Shown piece by piece: positions 21,065 to 31,900 of a stretch of DNA of 37,354 nucleotides. The notes under the pieces are model-generated. The model worked only from the letters and a program-made list of their open reading frames with translations, did no database searches and was not told the DNA's origin. The DNA is taken from assembly GCA_900128565.1 (NCBI GenBank), contig LT635940.1, positions 1 through 37,354 of the forward strand, read 5' to 3'. Within the stretch, counting starts at the first letter, position 1, and each line of letters starts with the position of its first letter. Position numbers and translations under genes: made by a program. The stretch comes from Stramenopiles sp. TOSAG23-6 (Eukaryota).

Positions 21065-23914
21065 TTAACGCCACGCACCACCAGTAGATGAAGTGCGTTC
21101 ACCTCGTCGATCATCTTTTCGGTCACGGCGATTATCTCGAATCCGTCTTTCATTAGTTTCGCGATTAGAAGAATTACGACGTTCCTCATCACGACCTTCA
21201 CGAGAGTCTCCAGGCGATGCTGCTGGTGAACGAGCTTTGCGTGCAGCAAGAACTCGCGCGCGACGCGAAGCACGCTCCTTCTGTTCCGGGGTTTGCTCTC
21301 TTGCAAGCATACTCGCAAAAGAAGCTTTAACGCCCCATGTGCCAGTATTATCATTTGTTGTTTCATTATTATTCGTATCGCCTGCAGGTTTAATAGTATT
21401 TGCAACGACATCGTCAGAAGCACTGACTGAAATCGTATTTTCATCTTTCGCGTTCTTCTTTTTCGGAGATTTTACCTTTGAAACTTCGCCTTTCAAATGT
21501 GTAAAAGCTTTTTTCTTCGCATCCAAATAAGCAGCACCACTCACTTTCGAATTAGAAGAAGTTTCAGTCGTCTGCGAAGGATCACTAGCGGCAATCGATC
21601 GTGTTTTTTCCCACCCTCTAGGAGCGCGAGTTGATTTTGTACCAGTCGTTGTAGAATCGGTCTTTGAACTTAATTTAATAGAAGTCGTCTCTTTTCCTCC
21701 TTTTACTCCAGAAGATTTACTTTTCTTCTTTTCTGCGGACTTAGAAACCTTTCTGGTGGGTACCGAAGTATTAAGTTCGGACGCATTTTTGGAGCTGGTA
21801 TTCTTCAATAACGCAGCTGCGTATCTGTAATTTATATGCGGATATTAAAATAGATTCAATCGTAAGAATATGTTTGTATAGTAAATAGAGGGAAACATAA
21901 ACAAATCATATATTGTTATTCTGTTGTAAAACACTAGTACAATAATTACACTTCTTCAGACATGAAGATAAAATTGCTTCGTTTCGGAAGAAAATTATAC
22001 AAGTATAATGTATAGCATAGTACATGGTCCCTATTCTCAAAAGATACCATCAAAGGACATCACTCCTTATCAAAATATCTCAGATAGCAGGAAATACAAT
22101 CTAGCTCTTTTTCCTTATAAGCAAAAGCAATGGTTATGTGCTTCGTTATTACACAAAAGAAAGAGCAGGGAAATACACAAATGTGATTCATATGATAATA
22201 TAATTGTTAAAATAAATTGTACTTACCCTCCCCAAGCATTACGAGCTTTGTTGTTACTTCCATTCTTCAATTCTACGCCATTCGATTTGTTCTTGTCACC
22301 TGATTTTGATGACGCATTGACATTTTGTGCTCCTCCTTCCATCATTGACGTCATCATCGATGTGTAATCTGAACTTTCAGCACGGTCAACTCGAATAGGC
22401 TTACCCTTCAAAACTGCTTCATTCACTTGATCCATTGACAATGTACGCTGTCGATTAAGATACTCAGAATGAGGTTTGTCCATGACGATGTCTTTCGCCT
22501 GTTCTTTTAACAAATCTTTCGAAAACGATTTCGGAGGCGTGATTTCAGATTGTGGCATTTTACGTACAATATTTAGTAAATCTTTATGCTGGTAACGCTG
22601 AAATTGTCTCTGATATCCAGATTCTACACCTTGAGATGGAAGTGATGGGAAATCTGTTGCAGAATTGACAGCTGGAGCAGGAATTACAGTTTTTTTTGCA
22701 GAATCTTTCTTGTCCTGAGATTTTTTCTGATTATTTCTTTGTTTATTCTTCCCTTGGCCTTGCTTGCTATCTTTGTTTCCATCATTATTGTTCTTCTTAG
22801 ACTTCTTTCCCTGTTTATTTTGTTGCTTTACTTGCTGCTGATTGTGTTGCTTAGGTCGATTGCCGTGCTTATTTTGTCGCGAGTTTGGAAGTGCTCGACC
22901 ATTCGATTGGCCAGCAAAGTGTCCATTGTTTCCACCTCTTTGCTGTCGATGCTGTTGATTAAACGCGGGCTTTTGTTGGCCTTGTCCATTGTATTGACGC
23001 TGCTGAAAACGACCTGGAGGGCCTCCAAACTGTCGTTGCTGATTAGGATCAAAATGAACTCCTTGCTGTCTGAACATCATCATATTGTTCATTCCGACAG
23101 TGTTCCCATATGGACCACCATACATTTGACCTGGATAAAACATACCCATTGGAGCTATCATACCATACGGAGAGTAACCACGACCAGGAAATCCAGGCTG
23201 TTGTCTCACTATATTGTTCGCATCATTCTGAACTTTATCTCTGTTGTTCGAAGGAACAGCATCAGGTTGACCATTTGGAGAGTTATTACCATTTGACACA
23301 CCATTAGATTTATAAACGCTGCGAAGTAAGTTTTCACTCTTGAGACGCCCTTTAATCGCTTTGCCACCGATTTCTTTACCAGCTAACTTAGCTTGGAGTA
23401 GCGCATTTTTTGCACTTTCTTCGTCCTTCATGGTGACAAACCAAGTGTTACCCACGTCACTTCGGACTTCTTCAACAATACCGAATTCTGCGAATATTTG
23501 CTCAATTTCAACCTTTTCTGTGTTAGCCGGTACATCGCGCAATATGATTTTATTGCGCTTTGGCTTCGAAAAGGCTGGTTTTAGAGTTTGGCTTGCTTCA
23601 TCTAAAGTGACAATAGTCGAGTCTTTCACAGATTTGGCAATGAGAGCTACGTCGTTCGTTAACGCGCGCACTTTGCGGAATTGGGAAATCACGTAAATAG
23701 GAACTTGCATATCCGCATTCATCTGCGATACAAGGTGTGCATCGACGGACAAATTGGCACGCGAGAAATAGAATTCTACTTGTTTCTTTAGTGCAGCTAA
23801 CAGTGCAGCACCTTCCAACTTTGTGGTGGGTTGCGCGATGCCGTTTTTATCATAAGAATTTATTTGAGGCTGCTGCTCAAGTACAGCACCACCATCTTGT
23901 TGCTGCGGCTGCAT
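21065..23914 (-). CDS. La-related RNA-binding protein (LARP4-like); exons 23914-22227 and 21824-21065
   Basis: La motif LKKQVEFYFSRANL, adjacent RRM (IILRDVP...NTWFVTM), Q/N-rich region, DFPSL; the intron joins AWGG-YAAALLKN in frame. Confidence 0.85.
21825..22226 (-). other. Canonical GT-AG intron (402 nt)
   Basis: GTAAGT...TTACAG on the minus strand; restores frame between ORFs 22223..23929 and 21065..21808. Confidence 0.85.
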
Positions 23915-24262
23915 TGCAAAACTATTCAACGTTGCCGGTGGTTATTGCGTTCTTTCTGCCAAGCGCCCAGCTGCTTGGTCGTATCGCGAGTACACGAGGT
24001 GTGTATGTACACAAAAGAAGAGACAACAACAACCACCGCAACAACATCGTGGTCAGATTGTCGTGTTTTCGAACGCGCACTGAATAATTTCTACATTACC
24101 GGGTTCCAATATGGAACAAACCTGCTCGTTGTGTTTTTAATTTTGTTTTTATTTATTTTATTTCTTTTGAAAATGTTTTCATTTCATTAAATTTTAAATA
24201 ATTTCATATTATAAAACCGAGTATGAAAAATAGAGTCACAATTCCATTGAGTAATCATTCTT

Positions 24263-25565
24263 TTATTTTTCTAGTAATTCTTTTGAAAACATAGCGTTCT
24301 GTTTATCATCATTCGCAGTTGCCACTTGGGAACAATCTCCAATGATATAGTTCAGTTTTTTTTTTGATTCTACAGCAATCGGATGGTCAAAAATACAAAT
24401 AGGTAACTGATAAGTATCATTGTAAAAATACTTTCGTTTTACACCTTTCCAAACCTTTTTATCCTGGACTTCAGCAATTGGACAGGGTATATAAGTGGTA
24501 GTAAAACCAAGAGCATCAAGCTCCTGTTGAGCTATTTGAGCGTACACATGTATTTTGGAAAAATATTTCAATTGTTTTTTCGTTAGGTACAAAATTTCGT
24601 ACGAAAAAAAAAATCGATTTTTTTGTTAAAAAAAAAATAAAACATCCACCATGAAAAATAATGTTATCTGGACAAAGTCCATTAAAAAATGAATAACATC
24701 CACCAGGTCTTAAAATCCTAGGCAATTTATGGTGAAACTCTGATTGCTCCCCATAATTCTCTCCATATGTATCAAAATATATACCATCAAAACTTCTATT
24801 ATCAATTTTTTCCATCATATCCTGCCAACGACCATGTAAAATCGTCACTCCTGGTTTCTTATCCCAACCCTCTTTTAACATATAAGCATAGACTTGAGGA
24901 TGGGCTTCAATGATTGTGTGACTACGTGGCTTGCGATCCTGAATATAATTATCAATTATTCCCATTCCAAAACCTACATTTAAAACATCTGCTCCTCGTT
25001 TTTGTTCCCGATTTTTACCAAGGCTAGTGATAACGTCAGCAGAAGCCTCCATCAATGGGCTTTCCCAAGACATCATAACACCGTCTTTGTCCGAGTCTAA
25101 TAGTTGTTTTCCGTCCTCAGTATATTTTACATCTCGTTTAAGATAATCATTGCTATACTTGTTTGGTTCCGCCTTTAAGGTCTCTTTAGAAGTAGACTCG
25201 TTCGTGTGCTCACCAGGTCTGGTACTCATGGAACTTTTTTTCTTCAAGCACGCTAATAAAAGCTCAGAAGTTACCCCAGCATTAACGATACGATCGACAC
25301 ATTTTTGATGTCCAGCTTCTAATGCATAATCACCAGCACATTTATACTGGCGGTCCACTGCGTTCCATGGAGCACCTCTATAGAGCAACTCATTCATAAC
25401 CTCCAAATGACCATGTTGAGCTGCAGCCATTAAAACTGAGGTACCCGTTTCACTTCGCTGATAAAATTGCTCGGCTCCGTCCTTCAGTAACTGACGAACT
25501 AATTTAAAATTACCTGTTACAGCTGCATCCCATAACTGCTCATTTAATACATTGATTTCTGTCAT
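24263..25565 (-). CDS. RMT2: Protein arginine N-methyltransferase RMT2 (ankyrin + GAMT-like domain), 400 aa; exons 25565-24648 and 24547-24263
   Basis: Ankyrin repeats, GAPWNAVD, VMMSWESPLM, VLNVGFGMGIID, HTIIEAHPQV, FDGIYFDTY, YSFFNGLCPDNIIFHG-VYAQI, WKGVKRKYF. Confidence 0.9.
24548..24647 (-). mobile_element. Introner-like non-canonical intron, copy 3 (100 nt, GG...AT)
   Basis: ggt|GGATGTTTTATTT...TTTCGTACGAAATTTTGTACCTAAC...TTTTCCAAAATACAT|gtg; nearly identical to 30181-30279; removal restores the RMT2 frame. Confidence 0.9.
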
Positions 25566-25924
25566 GATATACTATTAAATTTCTTCTTCTACTATCGTAG
25601 TTATAGTACCTATACGTAGTACAGTTGTGGCAAAAAAAGACGCTTGAAAAGAAATTTCATGAGACTGGCTCCAAAATATTAGCTAGGGTTGGGGGTTATA
25701 TTAGCTACTATGGTATACCGTAGTCAGAAAGAAAACTCGAACAAACACGAAAAATCAACGCGCTGCAACAACAACAACAATTTCATATATCCTATTTGGT
25801 ATAATAGTTTTACTTTCGGCTCTCATCTAAGTTGATTAATATATTATATAATAAAGTGAATGTAACAATTTCTTAGGTTCATGAAAATTCATGGAACACG
25901 TAACAAAATACTTGAAGTGTTACA

Positions 25925-25963
25925 ATTTTTTTAATGGATTTTTTTAATGGATTTTTTTAATGG
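25925..25963 (+). repeat. 13-bp tandem repeat x3 (ATTTTTTTAATGG)
   Basis: Seen directly, just downstream of the transporter stop codon. Confidence 0.8.
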
Positions 25964-26006
25964 AATGAAAGAAAAAAAGTTAATGAAAAAATTGTAATAG
26001 TCCATA

Positions 26007-27374
26007 TCAAGATCCCTTCACTTCCTTATTTGCACCATACGCAAAAATTAGAAGTCCAGTACATACAACGGACAATCCACCCCAACAGTAGATTGGAGAA
26101 ATTCCAGCCTCACCTTTCCCTCCCATAATCCATGGAATTGACAGAAAAAAGTTTTGTAGGGGTAGTGAAAATGCACTCGTTAAAAAACTAATGAGAGCTC
26201 CGTTACCACCAGTAATACCTGCATGTGTACCATAATTCACTAATATCAAAGCACCAACGATAAACGCAGCACCTAAAGGTGAAAATTGTAATACAAGTGC
26301 AAGTGATTGCTGACAATGCACATTTTTTGATGAGAACAGACACTTTGCTCCTTTACTATAGTCATTAGAAAAATGTTCTTGAAGACCAATGAATCCGCTA
26401 TTTGTTAGCACATATGTACTCTCTACAGCAATATTGACAGGTACTGATACACTATTCACTAAAGCAACAAGTAACGAAATCCGCATAAGAACTCCTGGAA
26501 CACTTCGCCTAGCTTCTTGTTCAGCCCGGCGACGTAAACGTTGACTACGAGCTACAGCTCTACTCGAATCAACAGTTTCATCCATTAAACCATCGCTTTC
26601 TACATCGCTAGTATCTAAATTACGCACTGATGCAACCACTGCCTCCGCAGTTACCCAAGCTGAACTAGTAGAAGCTGCTAAATTAGCTTCTGCATCATCA
26701 ATCTCTGCTGCAATACTTTCTTTTTCAAATGCAGATTCCACCAAGACAAAAAATAAAGCTTGTGGAATGGTACTCAAAATGTAAACAATTACCCATATGA
26801 TATCAATATGATTTAATGAATTCAACTGCGAAGAAGAAAACACAGAAACTGCAACACCAACACAAATGATGAATGGCCCTAATAGCATCATTTTTGTATA
26901 GTACTCAGAAGGGCATCCTCGAATAATCCACGCAATCAATAAAGTAAAAGGTATAACAGATTGACCTGCGACAACAAGTATATTTGAAAATTCGTTATCT
27001 AACCGATCAATACAAAGAATCATCAGAGTATTTTGTAATCCATTCAAACCACCAAGTAAAAGTATTGTTTTCCTATGAAGTAGAAGTCCCCTAGTTGCAT
27101 GTAATGCGGATATTTTTAAGGACGTTGCTTTTGATATACGGTAGTGCACAAAAGGAATTAATAAAAATGCAAATACGAGGCACACCAGAATAATTGACAC
27201 TGTATTAAGAGTGTTGACAAAGAATGGAAATGACTTCAAAGCATGAAGCTCCTTGTACATCCAAATAGTACTAATAACGGAAACAATTACATATAAGACA
27301 GACGAAACTATGAGAGCAAAGTTTCCAGACGGTACCGAATTTGATGAAGAGTTTCCTAGCAAAGAAGAATGCAT
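26007..27374 (-). CDS. CRT-like (drug/metabolite superfamily) membrane transporter
   Basis: About 10 hydrophobic segments; GQSVIPFTLL, STIPQAL...ESAF, GAKCLF, SAFSLPLQNFFLSIPW resemble the CRT/CLT family. Confidence 0.7.
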   Translation of the reverse strand: MHSSLLGNSSSNSVPSGNFALIVSSVLYVIVSVISTIWMYKELHALKSFPFFVNTLNTVSIILVCLVFAFLLIPFVHYRISKATSLKISALHATRGLLLHRKTILLLGGLNGLQNTLMILCIDRLDNEFSNILVVAGQSVIPFTLLIAWIIRGCPSEYYTKMMLLGPFIICVGVAVSVFSSSQLNSLNHIDIIWVIVYILSTIPQALFFVLVESAFEKESIAAEIDDAEANLAASTSSAWVTAEAVVASVRNLDTSDVESDGLMDETVDSSRAVARSQRLRRRAEQEARRSVPGVLMRISLLVALVNSVSVPVNIAVESTYVLTNSGFIGLQEHFSNDYSKGAKCLFSSKNVHCQQSLALVLQFSPLGAAFIVGALILVNYGTHAGITGGNGALISFLTSAFSLPLQNFFLSIPWIMGGKGEAGISPIYCWGGLSVVCTGLLIFAYGANKEVKGS

Positions 27375-27970
27375 TGTATATCTGTGAAAATATCTATGAA
27401 GAAGAAGTCATACTTTAAAATTGAGCACGAAGTCGAAGTCGCAAAGTGCAAAAACCGACTTTTGTTTTGACCGGGGCTTTTGTGTTGACCTTTCGTTTTT
27501 TTTATTTGAAAATCATGTGTTTTTTTTCTTACATTAAAATTTGTCGAGAAAAGCGAGAAAAGATTATAAAATGTCAAAATTATAGAAAAAAGTACTTGTA
27601 TAATATTGCATATAGCCAATACTGTAACTTTAGTTCAAGCATAATAAAAACCACTGGCAACAATACAGGAAATTGCTTTCGATTAATTATGGAATGTTCT
27701 ATTGAAAAGGTAAAAATTTTTGTGTGTTGATTGATAAAAGATTTAAATAAATGTGATTATTATGTTTGGTTATATTTATATAGATTTTTGTAAAAGAAAT
27801 GTTGTTCTATTAAAAACACCTATCAATCATGTAAAGCATTGATTAAAACCTATGGCTCATGAAAGGTGTGTGTGTTTTTAACCAAACAGTAGACTCAAAG
27901 TGGGGACTCTCATCTCAGCGCAAGTAAAACACGACTTGTCACGAAATCCGACGTTTTCACTCACCTGGAG

Positions 27971-28651
27971 TTAGACTTTATATTCCGTACTCGCGAGCCA
28001 AGATTGATACAAGTCCTTATCATCCCTATAATTTTTAGGAGCCTTAGGATCTTCTTCGAGCTGCTGCTGTTGTCTGGCAAAATCCCGCAGTTGTTTGAAA
28101 GACAATGTACGCGCTGTCTTTTCTGCTACGTCTGCATTGTCGCCAAGTTTGTTCAATCCGAATTGAGTAGCTAGGCGTTGTCGTGCTTGTAGCATTTTCA
28201 TGTGAGTTACCAATTCTTCTTCCAAAGAGATCCTCCGTCGGCTTAGCTGATCGCTAAAACGTTCATTTTCAATACCCCACCCTTCTACGAGAACCCTCAT
28301 CATGGCACTAAGTAGTGGCTGGAATTCCAATCGAACACGTTCAATAAGAGTTGTTGGCGCAAGTGCCGCATTTTCAAGAGGTTTGGGCATACGACCGAAC
28401 TGTTCAAGGTCCGAAGGGCTAACGGGATAACGCATAAGACCATGCCGTTCATTTCCTGGTATTTTCCGAACAGCAACAAAACCGTCCACTTCGTCGTCCG
28501 TTGGTTGCACCTCCGGTTCTGGAGCCAAAGCGCCGCCTCCCAATCCAAGGCTTTCCTGTAATCCCCGGATGTATTTCATGGCTGATACGTTATTGAAACA
28601 TGTTACAAGCATACTGATCATGATAAGTGTTACTGATTTCATATTTGTCAT
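27971..28651 (-). CDS. Hypothetical protein with a probable signal peptide
   Basis: 226 aa ORF with a hydrophobic N-terminus (SVTLIMISMLVTCFNNVSA). Confidence 0.65.
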   Translation of the reverse strand: MTNMKSVTLIMISMLVTCFNNVSAMKYIRGLQESLGLGGGALAPEPEVQPTDDEVDGFVAVRKIPGNERHGLMRYPVSPSDLEQFGRMPKPLENAALAPTTLIERVRLEFQPLLSAMMRVLVEGWGIENERFSDQLSRRRISLEEELVTHMKMLQARQRLATQFGLNKLGDNADVAEKTARTLSFKQLRDFARQQQQLEEDPKAPKNYRDDKDLYQSWLASTEYKV

Positions 28652-28911
28652 TGTGGATATTGTTAAAAATGCCGTAAAATGTTTCCACTTGTAGATACCT
28701 TAACTCATGAACTGGACACGAACANACACCAATAAATACAAAACTTTAAACGGTTCAGTCAATTGTTACCCGGTACCCACGAAATCGTGTCAAAAGAAAA
28801 CAAAAATTCAGCGTGACGAAACCTCGTGTAGACTGTGGCTTACTTACAACACTTTCACCTTTCCATTACCTTTTTCTCAAGGTGGTAAAGTGAATTGCCG
28901 TCGTGCTTAGA

Positions 28912-31900
28912 ATGACAAATACCCCTCGTGGTACTCAGGCGCGTTTTGGTAGTAGTGGCTATGAAAAGTCATTATACGGGCGAAAAAACTATTCTTTTGG
29001 AGACCAGAAGAAAAAGCTCGTCTATCATGAGGACCGACCTTCACGAATAGCGTGTGTGAAATTTGGTTTGCTGTCTGGTCTAGAAATGGCGCGTATGTCT
29101 GAGATGCATGTATGTTCGAGCGAGCTTTATCAGCTTTCAACTCGTGAGCCCAGCCGTAATGGTTGCATAGATAGACGTCTAGGTGTCTCTGATAAGCGAA
29201 GTAAGTGTGAAACATGCGGTAAAAATTTAGCAGATTGCATTGGTCACTTTGGTCACATACAGCTCGCTCTCCCAGTGTTTCATATAGGATATTTTAACAC
29301 CATTATCAAAGTGCTTCAAAACATATGCAAAACTTGCTCTCGTACGCTCCTCGATGATAAAGAAAGAACATCATATCTTGCTCAAATGAGATCAAAATCC
29401 ACACATGTTTTAAGAAAACAACAAATAATTAAAAAGATCACAGCTCGATGTCGTCGTGTAACTCGGTGTCCTCACTGTGGTGCAATCAACGGCCCTGTAA
29501 AAAAGATAGCAGGTGCTCGTGGATTACGTGTTATTCATGAAATATTTAAAGTTAAGCAAGCTGTAGAACTAAAGCAGGAGTTTCGTGAAGAATTCGAGGA
29601 GGCTTGTCAAGCGAATCCAGAAATTGAACAACATATTAACAAAGCTCAACATGATCTTGACCCTGCGTATGTATATAACTTATTCAAAACCATTAAAGAC
29701 CACGAATTGGATCTATTTTGGTTGTCTCCTGAACTATCTAGACCAGAGAATTTATTACTCACACATATTTTAGTGCCCCCCGTGTGTATAAGACCTTCCG
29801 TCCAGATGATGGCTGGTGCATCCAATGAAGATGATTTGACCATGGCTTTGAGAGGTATAATAGAAGCTAATCAAGAACTTCAGTTTCATTTAGAAAAAGG
29901 TGCTGCAACAAAACATGTTGTTGAAGCGTGGGACCATTTATCTATGCAAACAGCCCAATATATTAACGGGGCATTACCCGGTTTACCTCCTGCTGTACGA
30001 AAAAGTATAAAACCTATCCGAGGCCTGTGCCAAAGACTCAAAGGTAAACAAGGCCGTTTTCGAGGCAATCTTTCTGGTAAACGAGTAGATTTTTCTGGTC
30101 GAACAGTCATTTCTCCTGATCCTAATTTGCAAATTGACCAAGTAGCCATTCCAAGGCGTGTAGCGATTCGATTGACCTATGTATGTTTTATTTTTTTTTT
30201 AACAAAAAAATCGAGTTTTTTTTTCGTACGAAATTTTGTACCTAACGTTTTTTTTTTGAAATATTTTTCCAAAATACATCCAGAACGAGTCAATAATCGA
30301 AATATTAAAAAAATGAGAGCTGCCGTTCTAAATGGTGAACTTAACTGGCCTGGTGCAAATTTTGTAAGAAAGAAAGGCAAACGTCCAATATCATTGTTGT
30401 ATGCAGATAAAAAGCGAACTGCTAAAGATCTTAAAATTGGTGATATTGTTGAACGTCATTTAATTGATGGTGATGTAGTTTTGTTTAATCGCCAACCTTC
30501 CCTTCATAAGATGTCAATTATGTCTCATTGTGTAAAGGTAATGCCATGGAGAACTTTTCGATTTAATGAATGTGTATGCTCTCCATATAATGCCGATTTT
30601 GATGGTGATGAGATGAATATTCATGTGCGTTTTTATCATTCATTCCAAATTTAAATGTTTTTTTTTCATAGATAATTTTGTACCTAACAAATTTGAAATT
30701 TTTGAAATATTTTTTATTACACATGTTCCACAAACTGAAGAAGCGCGTGCTGAAGCATTTACTCTGATGAATGTGAAAAGAAATTTAATTACACCTAAAA
30801 ATGGTGAGCCTCTAGTAACGGCAACACAAGATTTTCTCACGGCGTCATTTTTAATGACTGCGCGTGACAATTTTCTTGATCGGGATGCGATGTGTCAAGC
30901 TTGTTCCCATATGCAAGACGCTGGCTTTCACGTTGTCTTACCTCCACCTACGATTGTTGCACCAGTTACATTATGGACGGGTAAACAATTATGGTCAGTT
31001 TTATTACGTGCGTGTATCGGAAAATCCAAAGAATTGAACATTATTGCCAGAGGCAAATGTTTTGTAAGTCCGAATGAACGCGTGGGGTATCAAGACTTGG
31101 ATAATTGTTTATGCCCAAAAGATGGTTGGGTAATTGTTCGTAATTGTGAAGTTTTATGTGGCAGACTAGGAAAGGGGATTTTAGGTGGGAAGAAACAAGG
31201 AATTATTTTCACTATTGTTCGTGATCATAGTGTTGAAGCTGCTGCAATGATGATGGTAATGATGACAAAATGTGTCACACGCTGGCTGACAGGTCACGGA
31301 TTTTCTATTGGAATCGATGACGTTTCACCAACACAGCAACTGACAAAGCGTAAAGCGAAAGTATTGGAAGAGAATTTTGAAAAATGTCGTGTTAAAATTG
31401 ATAAATACAAAGCAGGAACGCTGCAAATGAAGCCAGGTTGTAACATGGATGAGTCGCTTGAAGCTGATGTAAAAGGTATACTTAGTGCTGTTCGTGAAGA
31501 AATGGGTTCTATGTTGATGGCAACTCTGCCTAATTATAATTCACCTTTTATTATGGCTACATGTGGTTCTAAAGGATCTGCCTTAAATATATGTCAGATG
31601 GTTGCGTGTGTTGGTCAGCAGGTAGTAAATGGTGAACGTGCTCCTGAAGGTTTTGTTCAACGTACTTTACCGCATTTTGGTATTAATGCTCGCGAACCTG
31701 AGGCAAAAGGTTTTGTAGCTAGTTCATTTTATACCGGACTCGATGCAATGGAGTTTTTCTTTCATACAATGGGGGGTCGAGAAGGTCTTGTCGATACTGC
31801 AGTAAAGACAGCTGAAACAGGATATATGTATGTTTTATTTTTTTTTCAAATTCGATTTTTTTTTTTTGAAAATTTTGTACCTAACGAATTTTTTTCTGAA

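Noticed and set aside
7384-23696. Many short antisense or alternate-frame ORFs (e.g. 8437..8877, 14093..14557, 22739..23296)
   Set aside because: They overlap well-supported genes and have no recognisable motifs.
30179-30277. Reading the elements as U12-type AT-AC introns
   Set aside because: They lack the U12 donor ATATCCTT and branch TCCTTAAC. Four copies would not start with AT, whereas GTATGT and CTAAC fit U2 consensus. Kept only as a testable alternative.
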